Source: Gekko japonicus
Lineage: Eukaryota
Length of the DNA stretch: 62,476 nt
Assembly (NCBI RefSeq): GCF_001447785.1
Contig: NW_015159739.1
Span: 84,534-147,009, forward strand
Direction: 5' to 3'
This document shows positions 37,212 through 49,034 of this stretch, piece by piece. Numbering within the stretch: the first letter of the stretch is position 1; the number at the start of each line of letters is the position of its first letter. Under the pieces are notes generated by a model, which saw nothing but the letters and a program-made list of their open reading frames with translations, had not been told where the DNA came from and did not search any database. Both the position numbers and the translations under genes were made by a program.

Positions 37212-40200
37212 AACAGATATAGCTGGGCAAGTGGGTGCATATGAGATGTTAAATGACATCAGGGAGTCCCCCTGAAGGACCCCGCACACTAAGGGGTGCC
37301 TAGTTGACACTCTCTCTCCCAGTGCTACCTTCTGTCTCCACCCTTGGAGAAATGAGGTAAGCTGCTTCAAGACTACCCCTCGAGCTCCTACGTCAGTGAG
37401 GCAGTGGGTCAAAAGATCATGATCGACCACGTCGAATGCTGCTGTAAGATCAAGCAGCAACAACAGCACTGACCCACCTCAATCCAACTGCCTGCGGAGG
37501 TCATCCATGAGGGCGACCAATGCCGTCTCCATCCCATGACCAGGGCAGAAGCCCAACTGAAATGGGTCCAGTGCTGATGTGTCTTCCAGGAAATCCTGGA
37601 GCTGCTCTGCCACTGCTCTCTCAATTACCTTATTCAGAAATGAAAGATTCAAGACTGGCTGGGATTTGGATGGAACCACAGGATCCAAAGTTGACTTAAG
37701 AGCAGTACAACCACAGCCTCTTTCAAAATCTCTCTGGACAGACTCTTGAATCCAGGGATAGATTGATAATATCTACCAGAGGGCCTCGTATTCCCTCACC
37801 ACTGGCCTTCACCAGCCTAAACAGCACCCAGAACCCTGTCAACATCAGCCCGGGAGAATTGGCTGAAGCTGTCAAACACAGAATCCAGGGACAGCCACGG
37901 GACCTCCAGTTCATGTACTGTATCAACATTGGCTGGGAGGCTGTGGTGGAGCTACAAGACTTTGTTCGCAAAAAAACTCACCAAAGCCTCACAGCTGATG
38001 GCTGAATTCCTAACATTTGGGGGTCTCTCAGTGAGAGAAGCTGAAGATCCAATTACCCTAAACAATTGTGCTGGGCGCAAGCTAGCAGATGTGATGGAGG
38101 CTGTATGAAATTCCTTTTTAGCAGCCTTCACCACCACCTCATAGGATTTCATAAACATCCTATGAGATGTTCTTGCAGCTTTGTCCGGAGTATGTTGCCA
38201 AGCTCGCTCTTGTTGTCTAAGTTCCAGTTTCATCCCCCTGAGTTCCATAGTATACCAAGGAGATAGTTTAGATCAGGAGCATAGAGAATGTCGGGGGGGG
38301 GGGGGATTTCATCGATGGCTTCAGAAAGCCTTCAGAGAGATGGGAATTCCAGTCCTCTATCAGCACATTTAATGAATCACCAGCCAATGGCTGTGGTCAC
38401 AACACAATAAACCTTTATATACTTTGGTGGCTCAGCAGTGTCCTTTCATCCTGTTGAGACTCAAGTCAAGTATTCATGTGGTAACCAACTTGGATGATTT
38501 CTGTGTGCTCAGCACAAGGATCTATGTGTCAGGGTTGGCACAATGACAAAGATAACTTCAGAATTGTGTCCTTCCATAAAGAATTATGTAATAGAACTGT
38601 AAGAGCTAGAACAGATCTGAAAGCTGCTCTCATTCTGTCTCTTAGACTCAGGGAAGGACTTACTATTGTACCAATTCTCATTCATTACGTGGGTATCTAC
38701 TTCCAAACTTTACCTTTACCTAACCTAACCAGCTAAAATTACAGTAGGAAGATACCATGCCATTGGCTGTGCCACAGTGCAACCACATGGCACCACTCAG
38801 CAACTGAAATGTGAGGCAAGACCTCCTGGAACTATCTATACCCAAGTAAAGAAATCCTCTATGGCAGGAGAGGAGGAATTAATATTTTTCACAGTAAGTT
38901 TCCCTCCCAAGAACAATTCTTCTGTCCTACCCCTACCCCCAGGAAAAGTTTTTTGGTGGGGATTAGGCGCGCCAAAATAAACTCTTCTGCTCAAAATTTA
39001 TACTATAAAGTTTTGATGTAAGAAAGTGATATTTCCTATGTATGCTGTAGACATACAGAACTTATTTTCAAGGACATGTTTGTTCAAATGTCGCTAATTT
39101 TGCCCCCATTTAATATGCTGTAAGTACATACCACTGAATAGAACTATTTTACATGCTTACTAAATTATGCAAACCAGTAAAATAAGTTTAGGTTTGATAA
39201 GGAAGTAATTATTGCATGTATTTCAGTCCCCCCCCCCCATTTTTGTTTTTTCCCAAGAAACTTCACACCTTGTTTTTCTTCAGTGCGTCAAAATTCAGGC
39301 GAATTTTTGCCTCATTAGTAATTCCAAAACCCCAGCTGTGCCAAGCTTTCCCCTATTTTCTAATTGCACTGAATGTTGGGGAGCTCTTTTGCAATCAGAT
39401 TAGAAGCCATGAGACAAAGAACTGGCTCCTTCATTCAAATCATAATTTGAAATTCAGCCTTCTGAATTCTGAAGAAGTGCCCATGCACATGAAAACATAT
39501 ACCTTGAATAACACTTTGTTGGTCATAAAGGCACCACTGGGCTCAAACTTTGTTCTCCTGCTTCAGACTGCTCACCCGAAGCCTTCAACCTCATTTGCTT
39601 AGAGTTGTCAGGTCACAACGTTGTGTTTCCAGCCCTCCAAAATTCCCTTCCCTGACCCCCTCCCCACTTGCTTCCTGTTCAGCCTCTTCCCATACACCTA
39701 GCCTTGTTTTTCCTTGCAGTGCCCTTTCCTGATGTCCCTTTTGTTCATTTCTCAGCTCACTATTTCTTCCCCTGTGGCTTTTAGCACACTTGTTTTGTGG
39801 CAAGTTTCCTTAGCACTCCTGATCACCATAATATTCAGCCTTTGCAGAGCTTAAGAACTGCAAGGTTTCTTCAGCTCTTTTTTGTTTTTACCTCAGCACC
39901 TCCATTTCACTTTTCGTTCACATACCTTTTCTTCAGGTTCCTCTTCTTCAGTTCATCTCGAGTTGGAATATCTGTAAACATTGCGTCATCATGCCAACTC
40001 AGCCAATCAGTGGCTGTGGTCACAACTCAATAAAACAGATTGCTGCTTACACTATCACATGCATCCTAGGCCTGTTCAGTTGGACACAACCAGGAGTGCA
40101 GCCACATAGAGGGATTTAATTTATTTATATCCTGCTATTTTCCCGAGTGGAGACCCAGAGTGGCTTACATCTTTATTCCCTCCTTCATTTTATCCTCACA

Positions 40201-40397
40201 ACCACCACCCTTTGAGACAAATTAGGCTGATTGTGTGAACAACTGGCCCAGGCCCCAAGATCACCCCGCAACCTTCCCTGATATAAAGGGGGGATTCCAA
40301 CCCAGGTCTCCCAGTTCCTAGCCTGACATTCCAGCCACTACACCATGCAGGCTATCATGGTTTAAAAGGTGAATTTTGGACACTATTAAGCTATGTA

Positions 40398-40621
40398 GGG
40401 AGCTGCGGTGGCTCAAGTGGTTAAGGTGCTGAACTGCAGGCTGTGGAAGGTCGGTAGTTCAGCAGTTTGAGACCCGGGTGCCGCAAGACGGAGTGAGCTC
40501 CCATCTCTAGTTCCAGCTCCTGCCAACCTAGCAGTTCGAAAGCAAGAAATTGCAAGTAGATAAATAGGTACCACTTCAGTGGGAAGGTAACAGCGTTCCG
40601 TGCGCCTTGGTGTTTAGTCAT
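40398..40621 (+). mobile_element. Sauria SINE, 3'-truncated
   Basis: About 90% identical to the reverse complement of 34622-34892; followed by a 28-bp tandem duplication. Confidence 0.85.
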
Positions 40622-42033
40622 AATATTTTATTTTTTCCCCTTTCATAAAATTCAACTAGATTATTTTTTCCCCTTTCATAAAATTCAATTATTTCCCTTA
40701 CTTTTGTAATGGGCTTATAGAACATACCTCTGGTCAGGTCCTGGCATCCTCGCTGCCAATTTCCTAGCTTTGCTTGGGTTCTGCTAGGAGCCTGAAGCAG
40801 CCTAGCAAAGACGAAGTCCCATACAGCCAGGTTTCAGTATTTAAAAAAATCCCCACCACTTTATTTGTAAGCAAGTAATGGTTCAGCCAAATCAGCATGA
40901 CTAAAGGAACAAAAGCACAGTTTGGAGGGAACATACAGTCCACACGTCAGTATTCTGGATTTTTCTCAGCAAGCAATATGAAAACCATGTGATGATAGCA
41001 AGACACCGCTAGGCAAGTTTGACTCTATTAGGGGAACATGTTCTCGCTCTGTAGCATGTTGGGTGGGCTTCCTCTTGGACTATTGAGATATGCTGCATTT
41101 CCATAGCCTAGCTGAAAGGGGGAAAAAATTAACCATGCTTTCCTTCTCTGGCTTTCTCTGGCAGAGACCTGGATTCCACTTGTTCTAACCTCCCTGCCTT
41201 TAAACTCCAGCCAGTTCTAGTAGCTGTGGCCAATTAATACTTCCTAAAAGCTACAGGCTGTGCTACGCGCAAATGTGTATTACACAGGGAATTTCATAGT
41301 ACTTAAGTGAAATCTGTCAGCATTACATGCTTCAGACATTTCTGACTCACCTGCCTGCAGGAGGAAATGAAGGCCAACGGGAACAGTGTATGCAGAACGA
41401 TCAGGATTTTCCATGCTAAGGCAGTGCTGACCAGACGGTTTTTGTTACACAGGAGACTTTTCATTTCAAAGCAGGCAATTAACTTGAGAGCACGTCTCTT
41501 GCGAACTGGGTGCAACTGCATTCCTTTGAATGAAAGAATGGGCAACCTGTTTGTGGAACAGCGATGGAAGTCGATTGCTGCTCTCAAGGGTCACAACAGT
41601 TATTATTCATGGGATGATGGGCTGCATGCAGTTCACATCCATGACAGAGGGGACTAAAGGGACCATAAATATCGGCAGATACCAAATTAGAATTTGATTT
41701 GCCCAAATCTAAAGCTAAAAGAAATTTGAGATTAAAAACTTCAAGTAAATTCAAGCCACATTTACTTCCAATTTAATTCATTTTTTTTAATTGAAAATTT
41801 AGGGATTGTACTGACTCTGTGTCTGTAGTGCTTAGGATAAAATTTTAATCCTCTTTCAGATTTAGTTTTTCCTGCCACCCCAAATCAGAAATCAAGTTTC
41901 TGATTTGTGCAGAACCATACCTGACACTGGGGAATACATGAAGAGGGGCTGTATAATCATGGCTGCTGAGAGTTCTTACAAGCTCCTTAGTCCTTCCACA
42001 CTCACCCTTAGCCCTTCCACATACCTCCTAGAC

Positions 42034-42451
42034 CAGGGGTGTCAAACATGTGGCCCAGGGGCCGGATCAGGCCCACAGTGGAACTGGCTGGCTTCTGCTG
42101 CTTCTTCCAGTTCTGCTGCTGCTGCTGCTGCGTCATTGTAGGTTTGCAGCTTACAGATACACACCTGAACAGCATACTCAAAATTGCAACAGCACAGACA
42201 TTTTGACGTAATAATTCAGAGCAAGAGGTGTCAGTTATCAGATACTGTTAAATAAACAAAATATTGCAAGAGTGCTAATGTTTTAAGCATGTTTTTATTT
42301 TAAGTTAAAAAAAAACCTTTGTGTTTGTGTCCTTTATACAGTTTATATCTCCACTACCTGGCATTACTTTTTATGACACACATGGCTTGGCCCAACAAGG
42401 TCTAATTTATGTCAGATCTGGCCCTCATAACAAATGAGTTCAACACCCCTG
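42034..42451. mobile_element. hAT-Charlie-type MITE
   Basis: TIRs CAGGGGTGTCAAAC / GTTCAACACCCCTG; degenerate 8-bp TSD TCCTAGAC / TCCAACAC. Confidence 0.8.
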
Positions 42452-43099
42452 TCCAACACAATCCTCAGATGAGAGCACACACTTGCTGTCAGCATGGATA
42501 TGAGAATAATTAGATCTTTTTATGAACATCATGGTGTTTTTTTTAAAAAAACGTATTCATCACATTTAAGTTTCACCCTTCTTCCAGAAAGGTCAGGATA
42601 GTGTGCCATTTTTGTCTCACAACTACCTTGTATTGTAGGTTTGTCTGAGAGAGACAGTGGCCGAAACAGTCACATTTCTCCCTTTCTTTCCTTTCTATAA
42701 AAGGGCCACTGAATGTTTACCCACACAACAGCGGCACCTTGCACAATACCAGGACCCCTGGAATTACTCTCCTCCCTTTGTGGCAGCCAGGTATACAGTA
42801 AGAAAAGTACTAGAATGTCTTCTGAGAATTTTCAAGCTATTAGAAATTCCATTGCTAAGATGGTTCTACATTGAAGTAGCAAGAGACATATGCAGAAAAT
42901 GGGAGAGGATGAAGGTCATCTTGGGAAGAGAAGAGCTCATTGTACAGAGGAACAAGGAAGTGGGGAAACAAGGAAGCAGGCAACGTGACATAAAGATGAG
43001 AAAGCCAATTGTTAGATCTATCACTCTGATGGAAAACCGGATGTTTCACTCAATATAAAGCTGGTTCCAAACAAGTTTTTCCCCACATGACTTATAACT

Positions 43100-44190
43100 G
43101 TAAGAAGAGTTGTACTGAATCAGGCAAAAAGTCCATAGGCCTGTATCTCTTTTCCACAGTGGCCAAAGGTTTCCAAGTAGGGGCACTTTGCCCAAGCCTT
43201 TCCAATTGCTGTCACTCAACCAATGACATTCAAAAGAATCCGTCTTGACATGGTATCATGATTAATACCCATTGATGGATCATTTCTCTAGGAATCCTCT
43301 AGGCCTCTGTAAGGCCATCATTATGGGGCAGTGAGTTCAACAATTGTTATGTGCTTGACACTTCCTTTGATTCACCCATCAATTTGTGCATGCCCTTGAC
43401 TTTTAGTATTTTGGAAGAGGAAGAAAAAGCTATCTCTACCTACAGTCTCTGCTTCATTCATAATTTTATAACCCCCCCACCACACACCCCTTCTACTTAC
43501 TAATCTTTTCTAAAGTGAAAACCCCAAGCTTCATAGTCCTTCACTGAACAGGTAATGCTTCAAAACCCCTTCATCATTTGCCCCATTGAGTTCCCTCCCT
43601 GCCTCAAACCCCACTCTCCCCAGGCTCCACTCCCCCAAATCTCCAGGAGTTTCCCAACTTGAAGTGGGCAACCGTTAGGTTAGTGACAGCCCTATGAGTA
43701 AATTCCTTTGATAAAAATATGAATGAGCCTGTGCTCGCTTGGTCACCACTAGCTTTTGGGAATGCAAAGGCGATTCACAACAATTCCAGCCGGTTCGGTA
43801 AATACACTGACATTCACTTCAACAAGCGAGGCGCTATTGAGAGAGCCAAGATCAAGCAACACTTGCTGGAAAAATCTCATGTTTGTCGGCAGGTGAGGGT
43901 ATCCACACGGAACAGAACCAGGGAGAGGCTCGTTCTTCACTTCAGTTGCATTTTCCCCTGCACACACAAATTTTTTTGGAGATGGAACAATCATAACTAC
44001 TTACAGTATAGTAAATGTGGCTGGACCACAAGTCTTAACAAGAATATTACAACAGTAATTTTTGATCCCTTCCCTAATTATCTCACATAGATTTTGTTGT
44101 TTTTTCACTGCTGCTGCACACAAGAGCCAACACTGAAATGCCCACACCCCAAGATCTCTTTCCTAGTTCCTCCAGATCAGACTCTATAAC
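43100..44190 (-). mobile_element. Old degenerate CR1 3' region, interrupted at ~43580-43940
   Basis: Reverse-strand similarity to the CR1 at 3525-3855 on the left; CR1 ORF2-like sequence resumes after ~43940. Confidence 0.6.
43753..43892 (+). pseudogene. MYO7A: Orphan copy of a myosin VIIA motor-domain (switch I) exon
   Basis: AG|...|GTGAG-bounded 140-bp segment encoding (A)[46 protein letters not shown] vs MYO7[49 protein letters not shown]; I found no other myosin exons in the window. Confidence 0.85.
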
Positions 44191-47100
44191 TGTATACGAA
44201 TTTAATTAGATTACCAGTAATTCGATTATTTTCTAATTAGCTGTGATCTAAGTCCTGGGGGGTTGTTTCGAGTGTCGCAAAGGACTGCGGCCCCAGAGTT
44301 CTTCCTGAGCACGGGGAGCAGGATGCTGAATATAATTCGCATTTTGGAGGCTTCACCATCACCACCACCATCCTGGGGTTAAATGCACACCAGTGTGAAT
44401 GATTTCTGTCAGCACAGGCGGGGAAAGGTCATTTGGAACTGGTTCAAAGGGCTTTCAATTCTCCTTTCTGTGCGTAAATTTCCAGTGAGTTCAACTTCTC
44501 TTGAGGCTATGACATCTTCAGCGTGCCACTGGCTTGGCAGCTCTCTCCTTTCCTTGCAGTCTCCCCCATCAGTAAAGGGGCTGGGCGAGAAGGGTGTGAA
44601 AAACAACATCAAACAACCCAAAAGGCAGAGGAGGGGGAAGAACCGTTGCCGTGTGGGGGGGGAGATTAGTAAAAGCTCTCAGCCAATGAACTCACAGAAG
44701 CACCAATTCACTAATCTGCTGAGCTGGACTACCTGGATTTGAGGGGTCACCCCCCCCCGGGATCTGGCCGCATTGGGGTTGGATCTTTGCTTGTGGCTCA
44801 GCCAAGCCCTTTGGCCCAGGCTCCTTCCTCCTCCCTGGGAGTCACATGCAAAACACCCCCCCCCGTTGGCCTTCCCACCCTGGCAGCTCCGGAGGCAGAG
44901 GGAGGAAATTAAACAGTGGAGGGGGAGAGGGAAGCCACCACAGAACTTTTTCTGCCACCCTTCAGGCTTGGCTGCTTCTCCCCTGCACGCCAGCGGCTTC
45001 AGGCAGGCAGGATGTGGCAGGGGAGGGAAGGGAAGGTAGCACCATCTTTTAGTGTCACACCACCACAACTCAGGGCCAGCCAGCCTGCAGCATGACTTAA
45101 CTGAATTAATTCCAAAATAAATATTTTTAAAAAACAGGTTTTTGGCAGCAGGATTTGTGTTCATGGCTGTTAAGTGAGGGGGTGTGGCCCCATGATGCCC
45201 TGCCGTAGCTATAGGCCTGGGTGGTGACATAAAACCAATGAGGCAAATTCAAGAATGTTCAAGAATATTTAACAGATGAATATTTAACGGGGCCTTTGTT
45301 ATGCAAGTATACCTGTTTAGCTTTACTGTTACTAGGGAGCAGACAATCACTGCACTATTTCTCCCACCCTTTCTCTGCACCGAGCTAGCACGCACAGAAT
45401 CTCACTTGCATTTCTCTGAAGTCTTACTTCTGGCCAGGCTCTTCCTTTGCTTTTTCTACATATTGTATACATGTATGAAGTTAGTAATTTCGTCTGGTTG
45501 GGACAAGATGCTAGAATAAGGACTTCAAGGAGCTGTGCATGTGGAAGACTCCATCTCTTCTTCAGCTCAGGCTATTCTTCTTCCATCCTCCATATTTGTT
45601 CTCCCTATCGACTTGCATCTTTCTTCACACGGCTGTTCCTTAGCTCTGTTTCTTCAACCAGCACCTAATCTTCATAAACCTTAACCAACTCTCACTCTGA
45701 CCAGGCTGAGGTTGGATTTTTATTCTTCCCTATTCAATTTCACTCAGTCTCTGAACTACCTCATCTTTATAGTTTGTTAATGTTAATCATTACTCCTTTA
45801 AATACAGAATTATTATGTACACACACTCTTAAGTGTTCCATCTGAATATGGTCTGCCACTGTCACACCACTGACCTTTCTCAAAGTGCAGTTATAAAGAT
45901 TCCTGAGATAAAGCTATGCGAAGCTCCTTGAACATTCAGAAACTCTACAAATGCAAAGCATTATGGTTGTTAGTCAAAGTCTGTCTAAAACAATCTAACC
46001 CAGCAGGGCTCATACAGAAACTCACAACATTTCATAATACCCACACTCAAATAAAAGCTTTGATTAGTACAAAGCACTTTCATGCATGTACTGCAATCGT
46101 TTGTGGGAACAGATGTAGCTCAGGGATGTCATCTGAAGAATAGGCGTTTGATATTGACCATTTTTATTTAATGTCAGAGAATAAACCTTGTTTCCTCTGA
46201 TGGAAGATGGGCCATGAAAGGGAGGAGGCTAAATTGTTTTATAACAGTTTGCTGGAGAGAATGGGGGGGGGGGTAGTGAGAAAGGTAGAAAAATTTTCTT
46301 TATATATGTAATTGGACAATAGAACTTAGGGAAAACATCACAGGCTTGATGAACTTCACTTCAGTTAACACGCTCTGATTTCTTGCTCCATAAAGTCTCC
46401 AGTACATACCTGTAAAAACACATGGATAAGGTTATCAGGAGGAGGAACCCGGAAAGAATGGTACTTTTGGCAAAAAATCATGATTTCTTGAGAAATAAAA
46501 CCTTGGCGACTTTCCTGATGCATATGGTTAAGGCACATTGTCAAAAGGCACTCTGGATTTCCACAAGCCTCTCCAACTTTCATAAACAGAGAGCAAAATT
46601 CAAAGCTCCAAGGATAACATATGCAAATGCAAATGACCACATATACAAATGACCACACATAATATAATTACTATCAGTCTTTCAAAATTATAAAGTACAG
46701 GCAAATTATTCACTTCTAGTGCTAGCCCTGTAACAATTATTTACATCCTCTACTTATATTAAAATTCTGATAAATTCTGTACTAATTGAAGGTCATTCCA
46801 CATAATCTCCAAACTAAAGCTTGATACCAACATCCTATTTAGGAGAATTGTCTTTAGACCTCAGTGTGAGCAGATTGACAGTGCAACTCTATGCAGCTGG
46901 TCCAGTCTAAAACCACTATTTTCAGGCGACATACAAGCACAGGATATTGCTTTGTTAAACATGCAACTTTGGGCAACACAACTATGGGCAAATGATTCAA
47001 ACCAGCAGGGCTTTTAGCAACCTCTGCAAAATATGGCCACATCTCTTCTCTGAATGACAGCAGGTCTAGTCGAGTGGCCCTTCCTCACATTCATTTCTGA

Positions 47101-49034
47101 CATTTGGAGAAGACTCTGACTTCACTCCTCACTTCCTTAAAGCCATTGATTTCCTACAGGTGCTCTATAGTCGGAACCACACAAAAATGAACATTTTGTG
47201 ACATTACCTCCACCCCAATAATATAAAGCTGTCATTGTTTGGTAATCCCATTGTGTGCAACAAAAATAAGATCTGCAGTGTACGTTGTACAAATGCACAT
47301 TTTAGTTTAAAAACTGTTCTCAGGGGATGTATATTGGCAAAATCTTGGTCTAATGCAATGGGGTTTCTATTCTTACCTGTCAACTCTGTAAAACATATTC
47401 TGGGACGTGTCAAACATGTGCTCGAGGCTCCCCAAAGGAATAGCTACTTCTTTATTCTTGGAACAAACATTTTTGACAACCTTCCAAGAGAGATTAAAGT
47501 ATGTAATGCCTTGTGTTGCTCCTTATGCCTCTACAGTACTTTTGAAAGTGATTTCTGCATATTTCAGTTTTTAAGCCAAAAAAGAATTTTTGTTTAGTAG
47601 CTTTATGGATATTTTAGCTTAATCTTTATAATCCCTGACAAAAAAAAGTTCCTAATCTGGTATAAACTGTCCGTTTTACCTAGAAATGAATGCCAAAGCC
47701 TGGCTAGGTAGGACAGCCTTTTTTCCTATATGTTTCACTTGCCAACAACACTCATTACTTTTTTGAGAAAAGGCTGTTCACAGAAACCCAAGTTACTGAG
47801 CAATGAGAAGTCAAGGTGTGCTTGGTCATTCTTCTCTTCTGAAAAAGACATGAAAGCACAGGTTGGATGGACACAACCAAGCAGTAATTTACCACATTGT
47901 GCATGTTACCAAACACTTCGGAAATTAGCAAGCTTTATTATCTGAATCTTCCTGCCGAGTGGAAAGGAAAACTTTACATCTGGTACAGATGTGTAGTAAA
48001 ATGGTCGTTTCTATCCAATCGCCATCTTTTGATGCTGAGGGGGGCTAATGGGAAGTTGTTCTCTGCCAAGACTTAATGATTTGCTCCTTCTAGCACAAAG
48101 AAGGAACCTGTCACAGGTACCAACCAAGTGTGTAGGAAGCAGTCTGCTACAGTTATAAAAACCACCTACTTAAAAACTCTTCCTACTCAACTCTTACAAT
48201 CACAACCGTTCTACCCAATTTGAACTGCTTGTATTAAAATTATTTTCAAGCACTAAAAGAGCACGAAAAGTAATGTTTGCTTTTTAATCTAAATAACAGA
48301 AGTAGTATTTCAAAGAATGAAACAGTTTACCGTACAGCACCTAAAACTTTTCAGTGACCCGTATCAAACTATGCCAAGTCTCTGAGACACTTTGGACAAG
48401 TGCTCAGTGTGATCTTAAACAGAGTTTATACCTTTGTGAGCCCACAATGGACTTGAAAGGGTGTAATTTGGTTTAGGATTGCACTGTAGGAATTTTGCCC
48501 TGTGTGACAGAGGAACGTTGTCTACCTGCCATAGCATGGAAAATATTAAATATTTACAGTTAGCAAGTTTTTGTTCTCACTTTTTAGATGAAATGAAAGC
48601 TCAGATTTTCAAGCAGAAACCCTCAGGAGACTTTGTTTGTTACGGGTCTTAAAATAAGAGGGTAATTCTGTTAAGCCTTGTGGGACCTAAACTCCCCCCC
48701 CCGCCCCCAATATTTATTGTGGCATAAGCTTTCAGGAGCCAAAGCACACTTTGTCAGATGCATGCTAAACATTCTGTTTAAGAGTCATGTTTCCGCAGCA
48801 GTAAAATTAGGAAGATTTCACTTCAGGGTCCTTTCTTAGCATGTACCTTCAATGATTTAAAGCAAAGCAAGACAAAAAAAGAAATGGGTATCTGAACTAG
48901 CTTTTTTGAAATACTAGTGACCATGCAAGTTCACATATACACCCCAGTATAAAAGTTATCCTGAAAAATGCTTAAAAAACTGACTAGTCCTTTCCTCGGC
49001 ACTAATGTTAAACACCAAAGAATAGAAATTCAGC

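Larger units (their letters stand above)
34418..38300 (-). mobile_element. Degenerate L2 LINE carrying three nested insertions
   Basis: Collinear L2 ORF2 fragments (ORFs 37952-38248, 37479-37688 NLSFLNKVIERAV..DPFQLGF, 37167-37469 LLDLTAAFDVVDH, 35517-35708, 35062-35424); (TAAA)n tail at ~34418-34430. Confidence 0.88.

Noticed and set aside
42657-43058. 133-aa ORF upstream of the myosin exon
   Set aside because: No recognisable similarity to myosin or other proteins; starts within a SINE fragment.
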